Assembly: GCA_964427275.1 (NCBI GenBank)
Contig: CAYRSR010000004.1
Coordinates: 2,769-66,768 of the forward strand
Direction of reading: 5' to 3'
Origin: an uncultured Candidatus Saccharibacteria bacterium
GTDB lineage: Bacteria > Patescibacteriota > Minisyncoccia > UBA6257 > CAYRSR01
Length of the DNA stretch: 64,000 bases
Below the pieces are notes generated by a model. That model made no database searches. It was not told the DNA's origin and was given only the letters and a program-made list of their open reading frames with translations. Below are positions 29,883 to 39,036 of the stretch, one piece after another. Every line of letters starts with the position of its first letter. Position 1 is the first letter of the stretch. The translations under genes were made by a program, and so were the position numbers.

Positions 29883-31085
29883 ATGGTTCCAAGTTACCTG
29901 GATAAAATAGCTAAAATTTTAAGAGTAAGAAGGGATTTTATGGTTGAGTTTGAACAAAAGCTTAATCAAGCATCTGGAAAATCTGGCATGCTTTATTCTT
30001 TAATGGAGGAAAATCAACGATTGATGAGAAATAGACTGGATGAACTTGGAATTGGAATGAAGTCTCCAGCAATCAAAATATACGATAGTTTAGTTTCTAA
30101 GTTAGAAGAAACTGCACTTAGAATTATGGAAACCAATAAATCAGTGATTGAGTTAGCTAAACAAATTCATAAGTTTAACAGAAGTTTTTATTTGAAACCT
30201 GATTCAGCTAAAAAGCTTTTAATTCAAAATCCTCCTCCCAGAGTATTATCAGCTTTGAAATACTCTTCGGTAGAACAAATGTTAAAAAAAGAAAGCTGGA
30301 AAGAAGTTTTTTGTGCAGTCAGGTTTTTGGAGACCAGAAAATGGATGAATCAAGTTTTTTTAAGAGACTATCGAAATTTAACTTTAAATGATTTTGAAAT
30401 AAGGGATACTGAATTAATCCAGCTTTCTCAAAAATGGGTTGAGATTTTAAAGAAATCAATCTCTAAGTCATACCATAATATTTCACATCTTAAAGAATTA
30501 GGCTTAATATATTTGCTTCCTTTAAAGCTGAGAATTTCAGCAGAGACTTTAAGAAACTTAGCTTTAATTATTCACTATGCCTACGAAGTTGAATTTTATA
30601 GTAAGATATTTGAGAAAATTTCAAGAGAAGAAAGCTTTGGGGAAAATTTAGCTAAATTGTTAATTGCCAGAGCAAGACCAACATTACCGAAACCTAAATA
30701 TGGACATCTTTCATTTTTGATTGTACAAAAGTATCTGTCCAGAATTAATGAGAATGATAGGCGATTGTTTTTACCTCATGTTAGTACAGAAGCTTTATTC
30801 TGGGATCAAGCTGAAAGTGATTTAGCTAAAATTAAAGGATTAGGATTCTGGAAAGATTTAAACTGGGTTGGTGATTTCTTTCCAACTGATACCAGCAAAG
30901 AAACTTTGGTTAGTTTTAACTTAGTAGATAACCTAATGAGTATGACTAAAGGTGAACAAATGAGCAGGTATTTATTCCATCATCAGGAAGCTTTATGGAA
31001 TAAGATATTTATTTCATATTTTGGAGAAGAAAAGGCTGAAAACTTAATTGAACAGAACATAGTTAAAGGGTGGTTTGAAGTATAA
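29883..31085 (+). CDS. Hypothetical protein
   Basis: 400-aa ORF in operon with prfA and smc; no motif recognised. Confidence 0.8.
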   Translation: MVPSYLDKIAKILRVRRDFMVEFEQKLNQASGKSGMLYSLMEENQRLMRNRLDELGIGMKSPAIKIYDSLVSKLEETALRIMETNKSVIELAKQIHKFNRSFYLKPDSAKKLLIQNPPPRVLSALKYSSVEQMLKKESWKEVFCAVRFLETRKWMNQVFLRDYRNLTLNDFEIRDTELIQLSQKWVEILKKSISKSYHNISHLKELGLIYLLPLKLRISAETLRNLALIIHYAYEVEFYSKIFEKISREESFGENLAKLLIARARPTLPKPKYGHLSFLIVQKYLSRINENDRRLFLPHVSTEALFWDQAESDLAKIKGLGFWKDLNWVGDFFPTDTSKETLVSFNLVDNLMSMTKGEQMSRYLFHHQEALWNKIFISYFGEEKAENLIEQNIVKGWFEV

Positions 31086-31087
31086 TT

Positions 31088-31822
31088 ATGTCTAAGGTAA
31101 TTTTAGAGATAAGAGCTGGAGCAGGTGGCGAGGAGGCAGCCTTATTTGCTGCTGATTTATATCGAATGTATCAGAAGTATGGAGAAAAAAAAGGCTGGAA
31201 ATTTTTAGTTTTGGATTTGAATCAAAGTTCACTTGGTGGATATAAGAGTTTAATTGCTCAGGTAAGCGGGGAAGGAGTAGAACAGGATTTAAAATATGAG
31301 TCAGGAGTTCATCGGGTTCAAAGAGTTCCTCTAACTGAAAAGTCTGGAAGAATTCATACTTCCACTGCTTCAGTGGCGGTTTTACCCTTTGTTTCTCCAG
31401 AAAAGATAAAGATTAATCCCCAGGATTTGGAAATTTCTTTTTTTCGTTCTTCCGGTCCGGGAGGACAGAGAGTGAATAAAGTAGAGACTGCAGTAAGAAT
31501 AGTTCACAAGCCATCTGGAATTGTAGTTTCTTCTCAAGCTGGAAGATCTCAATTGCAAAATAGGGAACAAGCTCTGGAGATTTTAAGAGCAAAACTTTAT
31601 CAAAGACAAAAACAGGAAATTGAACAGAAAACTTCAGAAATCAGAAGAAAGCAGATTGGTTCAATGCAAAGAGCTGAGAAAATTAGAACTTATAATTTTC
31701 CTCAGAATCGAATAACTGACCATCGAATTGGTAAAAAATGGCATAATCTGGAAAGTATTCTAGATGGAGATTTAGAGCCAGTTATAGAAGCATTAAAAAA
31801 ATATTTCAAAGATACTGAATAA
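31088..31822 (+). CDS. prfA: Peptide chain release factor 1, lacking N-terminal domain
   Basis: EIRAGAGGEEAALF, HRVQRVPLTE (PxT), GPGGQ, IRTYNFPQ; 244 aa. Confidence 0.93.
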   Translation: MSKVILEIRAGAGGEEAALFAADLYRMYQKYGEKKGWKFLVLDLNQSSLGGYKSLIAQVSGEGVEQDLKYESGVHRVQRVPLTEKSGRIHTSTASVAVLPFVSPEKIKINPQDLEISFFRSSGPGGQRVNKVETAVRIVHKPSGIVVSSQAGRSQLQNREQALEILRAKLYQRQKQEIEQKTSEIRRKQIGSMQRAEKIRTYNFPQNRITDHRIGKKWHNLESILDGDLEPVIEALKKYFKDTE

Positions 31823-31825
31823 ACC

Positions 31826-33862
31826 GTGCCTGTACTAACTAAATTAGAACTTGTTGGGTTTAAATCTTTTGCTAGTAAGACTGTTCTGGAATTTCCTAAA
31901 AATATTACAGCTATTGTAGGTCCGAATGGTTCTGGGAAGTCAAATATTACCGATGCAATCTGTTGGGTTTTAGGTGAGAGAGAAGCAAAGCATCTACGTG
32001 GAGAAAGGCTGGAAAATTTAATATTTGCTGGCACTAGACAAAGACCAGCCAGTTCTCTAGCAAAGGTTTCAATTCATTTTGAAAATAGCTCTGGCTTTTT
32101 ACCTTTAGATTTTAAAGAGGTTAATCTGGTTAGAAAGGTTGATCGTTCCAATACTTCTGAATTTTTCATTAATCATGAAAAAGTAACTTTAAATCAACTT
32201 TTAGAAATTTTAGCTAAAGCTAGACTAGGTCCTCGTGGGTTAACTGTGGTTAGACAGGGACAGACAGATGTGTTTATTGCCAGTTTACCAGAACAAAGGA
32301 GAGAAATAATTGAAGAATTTTTAGGACTTAAACAATTCAGGATTAAAAAAAATAAAGCTGAACTACGACTTAAAAGTACTCAGAATAACATAGAAAGGGC
32401 CAAGGCTGTTTTTGAAGAGCTAAAATCTAGATTAAGAGTGCTTCGGCATCAGGCTAATTTATGGGAAAGAAGAAAAAAATTAGAACAACAACTAAAAGAA
32501 TATCAAGATGTTTATTTTGCTTATGAACTAAAAAAACTTAAAGATAAATTTAGGCAAATTGAACCAGAATATCAGGATATTCAGCAAAAAATTAGTTACT
32601 ATAAGCAGGAAATTAAAAAACTGGAAGAGAAAGCCAGACAATTAAATCAACCAAAATTTATCAGTGAAAAGTTGAACAGTTTAGAAAAGCAAGAAAAATT
32701 ATTACTGGACGAACAATCTAAACTTCAAAAAAGACTGTGGCAGCTGGAAGCTGAATTAAAGAGAGAAATTGATCCTAAAGTCTTAGCAAGTTTAATTTCT
32801 CGTGTTAAACAAACTATCAAAGATTGTCTGAAACTAGATGACTTAAAAAGATTAAAGAAGAATTTACTTATATTACTTCAAGAAATCGAACACCAAACTA
32901 AATCAACTCAATATAAAAGTCAACTTAAACAATTGAGTAATCAGACCATTGAACAAATTAATCAGCTTAAACAGGAGTTTTTAAAATTGAAACAAGATAA
33001 GAAAAAGCTAATTTTAGCTCAACAGGAGTATAGTAATAAGATTAGAGATATTTATGAAGCTATGAATCAACAAAGAGAGAAGTTAAATATCTTACTGACT
33101 GAGGAAAATAGACCAATGCTGGAAAAAGAAAGGTTGAATGTGGAGCTGGAAAATTTAAGAAATAGAATTATCCAGGCTGGAAGAAATCTACAGCAAGTTG
33201 AGAATCTTAGTGTTCCTGTAAATCTAGATATCGATCATTTGGAAAGAAAGATTTCCAGATTAACTCAGAAAATTTTGAGTATTGGAGAAGTGGACCAGCT
33301 TATTTTAAAGGAAAAACAGCAGGCTGAAGAGAAATTTAATTTTTTGAATGAACAGTTAAATGATTTAGAAAAGACCTCTGCTGATTTGAAAATTTTGATA
33401 AAACAGCTAGAGCAGAAAATTCAGTTAGATTTCGAGAATAACTTAAATTCAATAAATGAACAGTTAAAAGATTATTTTAGGTTACTTTTTGGAGGGGGGA
33501 AAATTAAACTCTTTTTAGATGAACAGGGTGGAATTGATATTAGCTTGAGATTACCCAGGAAAAAATTCGGTGGCTTAAAAAGTTTATCTGGTGGAGAAAA
33601 AAGCTTGGTATCTCTGGCTATTTTGTTTTCTTTAATTTCTATTTCCCCTCCACCATTTTTAGTTTTGGATGAAGTTGACGCAGCGCTGGATGAGCAAAAT
33701 GTTTTACGTTTTACTCGGCTAGTAAAGCAGGCTTCATTAAATACTCAGTTTATTATTATTACTCATAATCGAGCTACTATGGAAATAGCTGACCTGCTAT
33801 ACGGTGTTTCTATGGGAAAAGACGGAGCGTCTAAAGTATTGAGCTTGAAACTTGAATCATAA
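31826..33862 (+). CDS. smc: Short SMC-family chromosome segregation protein
   Basis: GFKSF, GPNGSGKSN, LSGGEK, LDEVDAALD, IITHN; 678 aa. Confidence 0.9.
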   Translation: MPVLTKLELVGFKSFASKTVLEFPKNITAIVGPNGSGKSNITDAICWVLGEREAKHLRGERLENLIFAGTRQRPASSLAKVSIHFENSSGFLPLDFKEVNLVRKVDRSNTSEFFINHEKVTLNQLLEILAKARLGPRGLTVVRQGQTDVFIASLPEQRREIIEEFLGLKQFRIKKNKAELRLKSTQNNIERAKAVFEELKSRLRVLRHQANLWERRKKLEQQLKEYQDVYFAYELKKLKDKFRQIEPEYQDIQQKISYYKQEIKKLEEKARQLNQPKFISEKLNSLEKQEKLLLDEQSKLQKRLWQLEAELKREIDPKVLASLISRVKQTIKDCLKLDDLKRLKKNLLILLQEIEHQTKSTQYKSQLKQLSNQTIEQINQLKQEFLKLKQDKKKLILAQQEYSNKIRDIYEAMNQQREKLNILLTEENRPMLEKERLNVELENLRNRIIQAGRNLQQVENLSVPVNLDIDHLERKISRLTQKILSIGEVDQLILKEKQQAEEKFNFLNEQLNDLEKTSADLKILIKQLEQKIQLDFENNLNSINEQLKDYFRLLFGGGKIKLFLDEQGGIDISLRLPRKKFGGLKSLSGGEKSLVSLAILFSLISISPPPFLVLDEVDAALDEQNVLRFTRLVKQASLNTQFIIITHNRATMEIADLLYGVSMGKDGASKVLSLKLES

Positions 33863-33881
33863 ATTTATTATAATAAGCTAG

Positions 33882-34259
33882 ATGTTATCAATTAGATTTT
33901 ATCCAGTAGGGAGAAAACATCAGCGGAGTTATAGGATAGTAGTGGACGAAAAAAGGTCCAAGCTTAAAGGGAAATTTATAGAGGACTTAGGTTGGTATAA
34001 TCCATTTACCAAGCAGTATTCCTTAAAACAGGATAGGTTGAAATTTTTTTTGGGTCACGGTGCTCAGCCAAGTGATACAGTATATAATCTTTTAGTTAGA
34101 GCTGGAGTAATTAAAGGAAAAAAGAGACCAGTGCACAAAAAGAAGAAAGTCAAAGAAGAGACTTCAAAGAAAGAAGTTAAAGCTGAGTCAGAAAAGATTA
34201 CAGAATCTAGCCAGCCTACTCAGGAAACTAAGTCAGAGGAAGTTAAAGAGGCTACTTAA
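33882..34259 (+). CDS. rpsP: 30S ribosomal protein S16
   Basis: YRIVV, IEDLGWYNP, GAQPSDTV. Confidence 0.96.
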   Translation: MLSIRFYPVGRKHQRSYRIVVDEKRSKLKGKFIEDLGWYNPFTKQYSLKQDRLKFFLGHGAQPSDTVYNLLVRAGVIKGKKRPVHKKKKVKEETSKKEVKAESEKITESSQPTQETKSEEVKEAT

Positions 34260-34329
34260 TTTCAATTGAATGGGTTGACATTAGGTAACTAGATAGTTAT
34301 TATTAAGAATGCAGATATTTTAGAATTAA

Positions 34330-34336
34330 AAGGTCG
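34330..34336 (+). promoter_or_regulatory. AAGGTCG leader motif
   Basis: 26 nt upstream of ATG 34363; follows TTGACA(34275)-17-TATTAT. Confidence 0.65.
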
Positions 34337-34362
34337 AAGAGAATAATATTCCTAAATACTGC

Positions 34363-34662
34363 ATGGGACAGAAAAAGCCAGACCAAGAATTTCTGGAATT
34401 TGTAGTTAAGTCTATTGTTCAACATCCTGAGGATGTAAAAGTGGAAAGGAAGGTTGACGAAATGGGAGTATTGCTTTCGCTGAAAGTTAATCCTCAAGAT
34501 ATGGGCACTGTAATTGGTCGACAGGGAGCTACTGCTATAGCTATTCGATCTTTGTTGCGGGTGGTTGGTCAGAAGAACCATGCTCGAATAAATTTGAAGA
34601 TTGAAGAGCCAGCTAAAGTTGCTAAAAAGGAGGAGTCGGAAAAAGAATCTTCCTCAGAATAA
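34363..34662 (+). CDS. khpA: KH-domain RNA-binding protein KhpA
   Basis: DMGTVIGRQGATAIAIR; follows rpsP. Confidence 0.92.
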   Translation: MGQKKPDQEFLEFVVKSIVQHPEDVKVERKVDEMGVLLSLKVNPQDMGTVIGRQGATAIAIRSLLRVVGQKNHARINLKIEEPAKVAKKEESEKESSSE

Positions 34663-34694
34663 AGTTAATAGGCTTAAATATCTTCTATTATACT

Positions 34695-34737
34695 TCCCGT
34701 TAGTTTACCAGTGGTAGGCTAGCGGGATTTAATTTTT
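34695..34737 (+). terminator. Hairpin, possible terminator
   Basis: TCCCGTTAGTTTACC-AGT-GGTAGGCTAGCGGGA followed by T-rich tract. Confidence 0.6.
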
Positions 34738-35430
34738 ATGATTTACTTTGAAATTGTTAGTTTATTTCCTCAAGTTTTTAAAGATTATTTCAATCAGTCT
34801 ATAATTAAGAGAGCCCAGGGAAATAAACTAATTAAAATAACAGTTTACAACTTAAGAGATTACACTAAAGATAAACATAAAAAAGTTGATGATTGTCCTT
34901 ACGGGGGAGGTCCGGGCATGGTTATTAAGGTTGAACCTCTAGCTCGGGCAATTACTACTATTCTAGCAACCAAGCCTAAAATTAAAAAAAATAAAACCAA
35001 AATAGTTTTATTTTCTCCAGCCGGAAGACAGTTTGATAATGAAATTGCTCGAAATTTGGCCACAAATTATCAGCGGATTATTTTAATTTGTGGTCGTTAT
35101 GAGGGTATAGATCAGAGAATTGAAAAAGTAATTAGAGATTTAGGTTATAAAATTCAGGAAATTTCAATTGGACCATATGTATTATCTGGAGGGGAAATTC
35201 CGGCTATGGTTTTAGTTGATTGTGTTTGCAGGCATATTAAAGGAGTGCTGGGAAAGTTCCAATCTTTAGAAGAAGAAAGATTAGGGGTAGGAGTTCCGGT
35301 TTATACTCATCCAGAGGTTTTTATTTGGAAAGGAAAGAAATATAGAGTACCTAAAGTCTTACTTTCTGGTCATCATCAAAAGATAGAAGAATGGAGAAAA
35401 AAACATCGGAGAGTAGTTGTTAAGTCCTGA
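34738..35430 (+). CDS. trmD: tRNA (guanine37-N1)-methyltransferase
   Basis: VDDCPYGGGPGM, CGRYEGID, SIGPYVLSGGE, VPKVLLSGHH. Confidence 0.97.
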   Translation: MIYFEIVSLFPQVFKDYFNQSIIKRAQGNKLIKITVYNLRDYTKDKHKKVDDCPYGGGPGMVIKVEPLARAITTILATKPKIKKNKTKIVLFSPAGRQFDNEIARNLATNYQRIILICGRYEGIDQRIEKVIRDLGYKIQEISIGPYVLSGGEIPAMVLVDCVCRHIKGVLGKFQSLEEERLGVGVPVYTHPEVFIWKGKKYRVPKVLLSGHHQKIEEWRKKHRRVVVKS

Positions 35431-35473
35431 TTTGTTTACAATTTTGCATTTTTGGTGAAGTATTTTTACTCTC

Positions 35474-35575
35474 TTGACAAAATTAACTGTGATTGTATGA
35501 TTTAGGCAGAACTTTAAAAAAAGAAGAGGTGAATTTTTGAAATAAGTCTGTGATCAAGTAAAACAAAGGAGGTGA
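35474..35575 (+). promoter_or_regulatory. Sigma70 promoter, boxA-like element and strong SD
   Basis: TTGACA 35474, TATGAT 35496, GAACTTTAAAAA 35509, AAGGAGGTGA 35566. Confidence 0.6.
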
Positions 35576-35577
35576 GA

Positions 35578-36108
35578 ATGCTTCAAGGTATCATTAAAAG
35601 GATTTTTAAGAAAACCAAAGAAAAAACTAAAGTAGTTGATGCTTTGATAAGGACTTACATAGACAAAGGATGGCTTGATGAAGCTGAAGAAGCGATCGAG
35701 TTGGGGGCTTCTCGTGATGCAATTGATCTTTTGATACGAGCCTACATTCAAAAAGGAGGATGGTGGCTTTACAGAGCTAGAGGATTAATTAAAAGATTGA
35801 AAGCTTCCAAGGGGGTAATTGATTTTCTAGTGAAGACTTATCTGGACAATGATAGACTTTCTGAAGCTATTGAAGCTGTTAAAGAATTTGGGGCTTCTCA
35901 AGAAATAATCAATTCTCTGACAGGAGCCCATATTAGCATAGGTAGACTTTATGAAGCTATTGAAGCTGCCAAACTAGGAGCTTCTAAAAAGGTAGTTGAA
36001 TTTTTAGTAAAAATCTGCATTCAGAGAAAGCAGGTTTTTTTAGCTAAGAAAGCTGCCAGACTGATAGGAAGAAGTCTTACAATTCAGGAAATCAGAGAGC
36101 TTCTGTAA
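35578..36108 (+). CDS. Alpha-helical repeat protein (PPR/TPR-like solenoid)
   Basis: About five 29-32 aa repeats resembling ASxxVIDxLIxxYIxxGxLxEAIEAxxLG. Confidence 0.75.
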   Translation: MLQGIIKRIFKKTKEKTKVVDALIRTYIDKGWLDEAEEAIELGASRDAIDLLIRAYIQKGGWWLYRARGLIKRLKASKGVIDFLVKTYLDNDRLSEAIEAVKEFGASQEIINSLTGAHISIGRLYEAIEAAKLGASKKVVEFLVKICIQRKQVFLAKKAARLIGRSLTIQEIRELL

Positions 36109-36120
36109 TAAAACAATATT

Positions 36121-36149
36121 GAGGGTAGTTTTAAAGCTACCCTCTTTTT
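36121..36149 (+). terminator. Intrinsic terminator
   Basis: GAGGGTAG...CTACCCTC followed by TTTTT. Confidence 0.85.
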
Positions 36150-36250
36150 AGAAGTTTATTTTGCTCGGTTAAAAATTTTTTAGTTGTCTTTAAATCAAAT
36201 AGGTTTTATTGCTTTGCATTTTTAGCTGATTTAATTTATAATTTTTAGGT

Positions 36251-36988
36251 ATGATTCAAAAGAAACCTAGTCCAGAGATTTTTGCTGAAATGTGCAAAGC
36301 TGGCTTACTTTATGGATGTCTTAAGAGTCAAACTCATTCTGGTACCAAGCCATTTATTGTTGGCAACTTTAATAACATTGAGATAATTGATTTAGAAATT
36401 ACTCTGAATCACTTAAATGATTTAGTCAGTTTCTTAAAGGATAAGATTTACCCCTCAAAGAGTGAACCAGCCTTAATCCTTCTAGTTGGGACTACTCCAC
36501 CAGCTATCAAAGAAGTGAAAGAATTTGCCCAGCAGTACAAATTTCCCTATATTACTAACAAATGGATAGCTGGTACTCTTACCAATTTCAATCAGATTAG
36601 GAAAAGAATTGATTATTATTTGGAATACAAACAAAAAATAGAAAAAGGGGAACTAAAAAAGTATACTAAAAAAGAGAGATTAAAGATGGAAAGGGAATTT
36701 TTAAAGCTAAAACAGAACTTTGAAAGTTTGGTTGCCTTGAGTAGATTACCGGATATTTTATTTGTGGTTAATCCATTTCAGCATAAGATAGCGGTTTGTG
36801 AAGCAAATAAGATGAATATACCTGTAGTCGGAATAGTTGGAACTAATTTTAATCTTAAAAGATTTGCCTATCCAGTGTTGGCCAACGATTGTTCAAGGGA
36901 GAGTATAAGCTGGATTTTTAGTTATATTAGAAAAAACCTTAAAGAAGGCAGAAAAAAACGGTCTAAAAAGAAAACTGAATCAAAATAA
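36251..36988 (+). CDS. rpsB: 30S ribosomal protein S2 (divergent)
   Basis: IIDL, ILLVGT, KWIAGTLTNF, LPDILFV, ANDCS; upstream of tsf. Confidence 0.93.
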   Translation: MIQKKPSPEIFAEMCKAGLLYGCLKSQTHSGTKPFIVGNFNNIEIIDLEITLNHLNDLVSFLKDKIYPSKSEPALILLVGTTPPAIKEVKEFAQQYKFPYITNKWIAGTLTNFNQIRKRIDYYLEYKQKIEKGELKKYTKKERLKMEREFLKLKQNFESLVALSRLPDILFVVNPFQHKIAVCEANKMNIPVVGIVGTNFNLKRFAYPVLANDCSRESISWIFSYIRKNLKEGRKKRSKKKTESK

Positions 36989-36991
36989 AAA

Positions 36992-37441
36992 ATGGCTGAA
37001 ATTAATCAAATTAAAAAACTAAGAGAGGAAACTGGAGCTGGAGTAATGTCCTGCAAGAAAGCAATTGACCAGGCTAAAGGCGACTATCAAAAAGCTAAAC
37101 AACTAATCAAAAAATGGGGACTTCTGAAGGCCAAGGAAAAATCTGAGGGTTCAGCTAATGTTGGATATATTACCAGTTATGTTCACCAAGATAGTAGAAT
37201 TGGGGTGTTAGTGGAGCTATGGTGTCAGACTGATTTTGTGGCTCGTAATTCTATGTTTCAAAAGTTGGCTCATGAAATAGCATTGCAAATTGCAGCAATG
37301 AATCCCAAGGATCTAGATGAACTACTAGAACAACAATACATTAGGGACCCAAGTAAGACCATCGAAGAACTAATTAATGAAAACATTGCAGTGCTGAAGG
37401 AAAAAATCCGAATAGGAAGATTCTGTAGGTATGAAGTTTAA
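36992..37441 (+). CDS. tsf: Elongation factor Ts (short form)
   Basis: LREETGAGVMSCKKA, CQTDFVA, QIAAMNP; 149 aa. Confidence 0.95.
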   Translation: MAEINQIKKLREETGAGVMSCKKAIDQAKGDYQKAKQLIKKWGLLKAKEKSEGSANVGYITSYVHQDSRIGVLVELWCQTDFVARNSMFQKLAHEIALQIAAMNPKDLDELLEQQYIRDPSKTIEELINENIAVLKEKIRIGRFCRYEV

Positions 37442-37455
37442 CTTAAAGTGAATTT

Positions 37456-37740
37456 ATGCATGGCTATCCTTATCCGTTTATCTTAAGAATGATTGCTTAT
37501 TTTTCTCTAATAGTACTGATTTACATTTTTGTTAGAGCAGCAGTACGGAAGAAAGAAGAAATTAACTTACCAAAGAAAGAAATTAAATCCCTCGGTAGCT
37601 TTGAGATATTAGAAAAAATGGATAAGGTAGCGGATTTCTGGATTGAAAAAATACTTAGAAGAGCCAGATTGATTTTGATGAAGATAAATAATAAAATAAC
37701 TCTGAAGCTTCAAGAATTTAAAACAAAAGACAGACATTGA
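37456..37740 (+). CDS. Small single-TM hypothetical protein
   Basis: N-terminal TM helix, basic tail. Confidence 0.7.
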   Translation: MHGYPYPFILRMIAYFSLIVLIYIFVRAAVRKKEEINLPKKEIKSLGSFEILEKMDKVADFWIEKILRRARLILMKINNKITLKLQEFKTKDRH

Positions 37741-37749
37741 AGTTAATCC

Positions 37750-37834
37750 GGGCAGGTGGCAGAGTGGACAAATGCATTGGTCTGTAAAACCAACGCCTTT
37801 AATGGCTTCGTAGGTTCGAATCCTACCCTGCCCA
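37750..37834 (+). tRNA. tRNA-Tyr(GTA)
   Basis: GGGCAGG/CCTGCCC acceptor, TTGGT-CTGTAAA-ACCAA anticodon arm, long variable arm, GTTCGAATC. Confidence 0.97.
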
Positions 37835-37884
37835 CAAAAGAACTTTAAAGTTGTAAAGGGCGATTATTGTTATTAAATTTTAAA

Positions 37885-38073
37885 ATGTACAAAGTAAATA
37901 AAGAAAAGTGCGTTGGATGTCAGTCTTGTGTTCAGGCTTGTCCTGGAGCAATTAAGATAGGAGAAGATGGTAAAGCGGAAATAATTGACCAGGAGAAGTT
38001 GGAGAAGTGTGGTGGAGAAAGTGTTTGTCCACTAGGAGCAATTGAGAAAACTGAATCTCAAGAAAATGATTAG
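37885..38073 (+). CDS. Ferredoxin
   Basis: CVGCQSCVQACP plus degenerate second motif C-GGESV-CPLGAI; ATG at 37885. Confidence 0.9.
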   Translation: MYKVNKEKCVGCQSCVQACPGAIKIGEDGKAEIIDQEKLEKCGGESVCPLGAIEKTESQEND

Positions 38074-38422
38074 ATTGACTGATTTGAACTTTGAAAAGGA
38101 AATTCAAAGTACAAATAAGCCAGTTTTAGTTGATTTTTGGGCAACTTGGTGCTATCCTTGTAGTGTTCTTAGCCCAATTTTAGAGAAATTAGCTAAGGAG
38201 TATCAGGATGAATTGATATTGGCTAAAGTGAATATTGCTGAAGCTCCAATGATTTCTGAAAAGCTTGGAATTGACCAGATTCCAACTGTAATTTTGTTTA
38301 AGAATGGAAAACCGATTAGTGGGTTTATTGGAGTAAGGCCTGAGCCAGTAATAAGAGAGTGGTTAAGAAAGATGTTGAGAGAATCTAAAAATAATTATGC
38401 CGAGAGTAAAAACTCAAACTAA
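38066..38422 (+). CDS. trxA: Thioredoxin
   Basis: VLVDFWATWCYPC, IPT, FKNG; ATG at 38066. Confidence 0.9.
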   Translation: MIRLTDLNFEKEIQSTNKPVLVDFWATWCYPCSVLSPILEKLAKEYQDELILAKVNIAEAPMISEKLGIDQIPTVILFKNGKPISGFIGVRPEPVIREWLRKMLRESKNNYAESKNSN

Positions 38423-38687
38423 AAAGAATGAGTTGAAAGAAATTATTGAATGGCTTGAGAACTATGCGAAGAAGAATGGCTTTAGATTAAATCCTAATAG
38501 AGCAATAGTAGAAAAATTAGCAAGAGGCCTTTTAATCAATCAGAAAAAATATGGAGCTAGATATTGTCCTTGTAGGAGAATTACCGGAAATTTAAAGGAA
38601 GATCGATTTAAAATTTGTCCCTGTAAATGGCATCGAGAAGAAATTAAGAAATATGGTCATTGTTTTTGTGGATTGTTTTTTAAATAG
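38397..38687 (+). CDS. Ferredoxin:thioredoxin reductase catalytic-subunit-like protein
   Basis: YGARYCPCR, ICPC, GHCFCGLF. Confidence 0.9.
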   Translation: MPRVKTQTKKNELKEIIEWLENYAKKNGFRLNPNRAIVEKLARGLLINQKKYGARYCPCRRITGNLKEDRFKICPCKWHREEIKKYGHCFCGLFFK

Positions 38688-38697
38688 TTCTTTGAAA
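38687..38697 (+). promoter_or_regulatory. boxA-like antitermination element
   Basis: GTTCTTTGAAA immediately before tRNA-Thr. Confidence 0.5.
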
Positions 38698-38701
38698 TTT
38701 T

Positions 38702-38777
38702 GCCGGTATAGCTCAGTGGCTAGAGCAACGCTCTTGTAAAGCGTAGGTCGGGGGTTCAAATCCCTCTACCGGCTCCA
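38702..38777 (+). tRNA. tRNA-Thr(TGT)
   Basis: GCCGGTA/TACCGGC acceptor, ACGCT-CTTGTAA-AGCGT, encoded CCA. Confidence 0.97.
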
Positions 38778-38800
38778 GAACAGCAATTCAGTAAATTATT

Positions 38801-38874
38801 GCCTGAGTAGCTCAGTTGGTTAGAGCACGTCTCTGGTAATGACGAGGTCGTGAGTTCGAATCTCACCTCAGGCT
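38801..38874 (+). tRNA. tRNA-Thr(GGT)
   Basis: GCCTGAG/CTCAGGC acceptor, CGTCT-CTGGTAA-TGACG (T-T mismatch closing the stem), GTTCGAATC. Confidence 0.95.
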
Positions 38875-39036
38875 CATAGTGTGGAATAAATACAAAAATG
38901 AAAAACATTACAATTTACAATTTTCAATTTCTAATTTTCAATCAATTATCAATGAATTAATTTTCAAATTAATTAAACTAATTGAAAATTCAATGAAAAT
39001 TGAAAATTGATAATTGAAAATTGATTATTTATTATG
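38875..39036. repeat. AT-rich heptamer palindromic element, copy 1
   Basis: (CAATTTT)n left arm, (AAAATTG)n right arm; 46-nt and 48-nt blocks identical to the copy at 42001-42225. Confidence 0.92.

Noticed and set aside
38801-38874. tRNA-Thr(GGT) as a pseudogene because of the T-T mismatch in the anticodon stem
   Set aside because: All other arms are canonical, and a 31-39 mismatch is tolerated in functional tRNAs.
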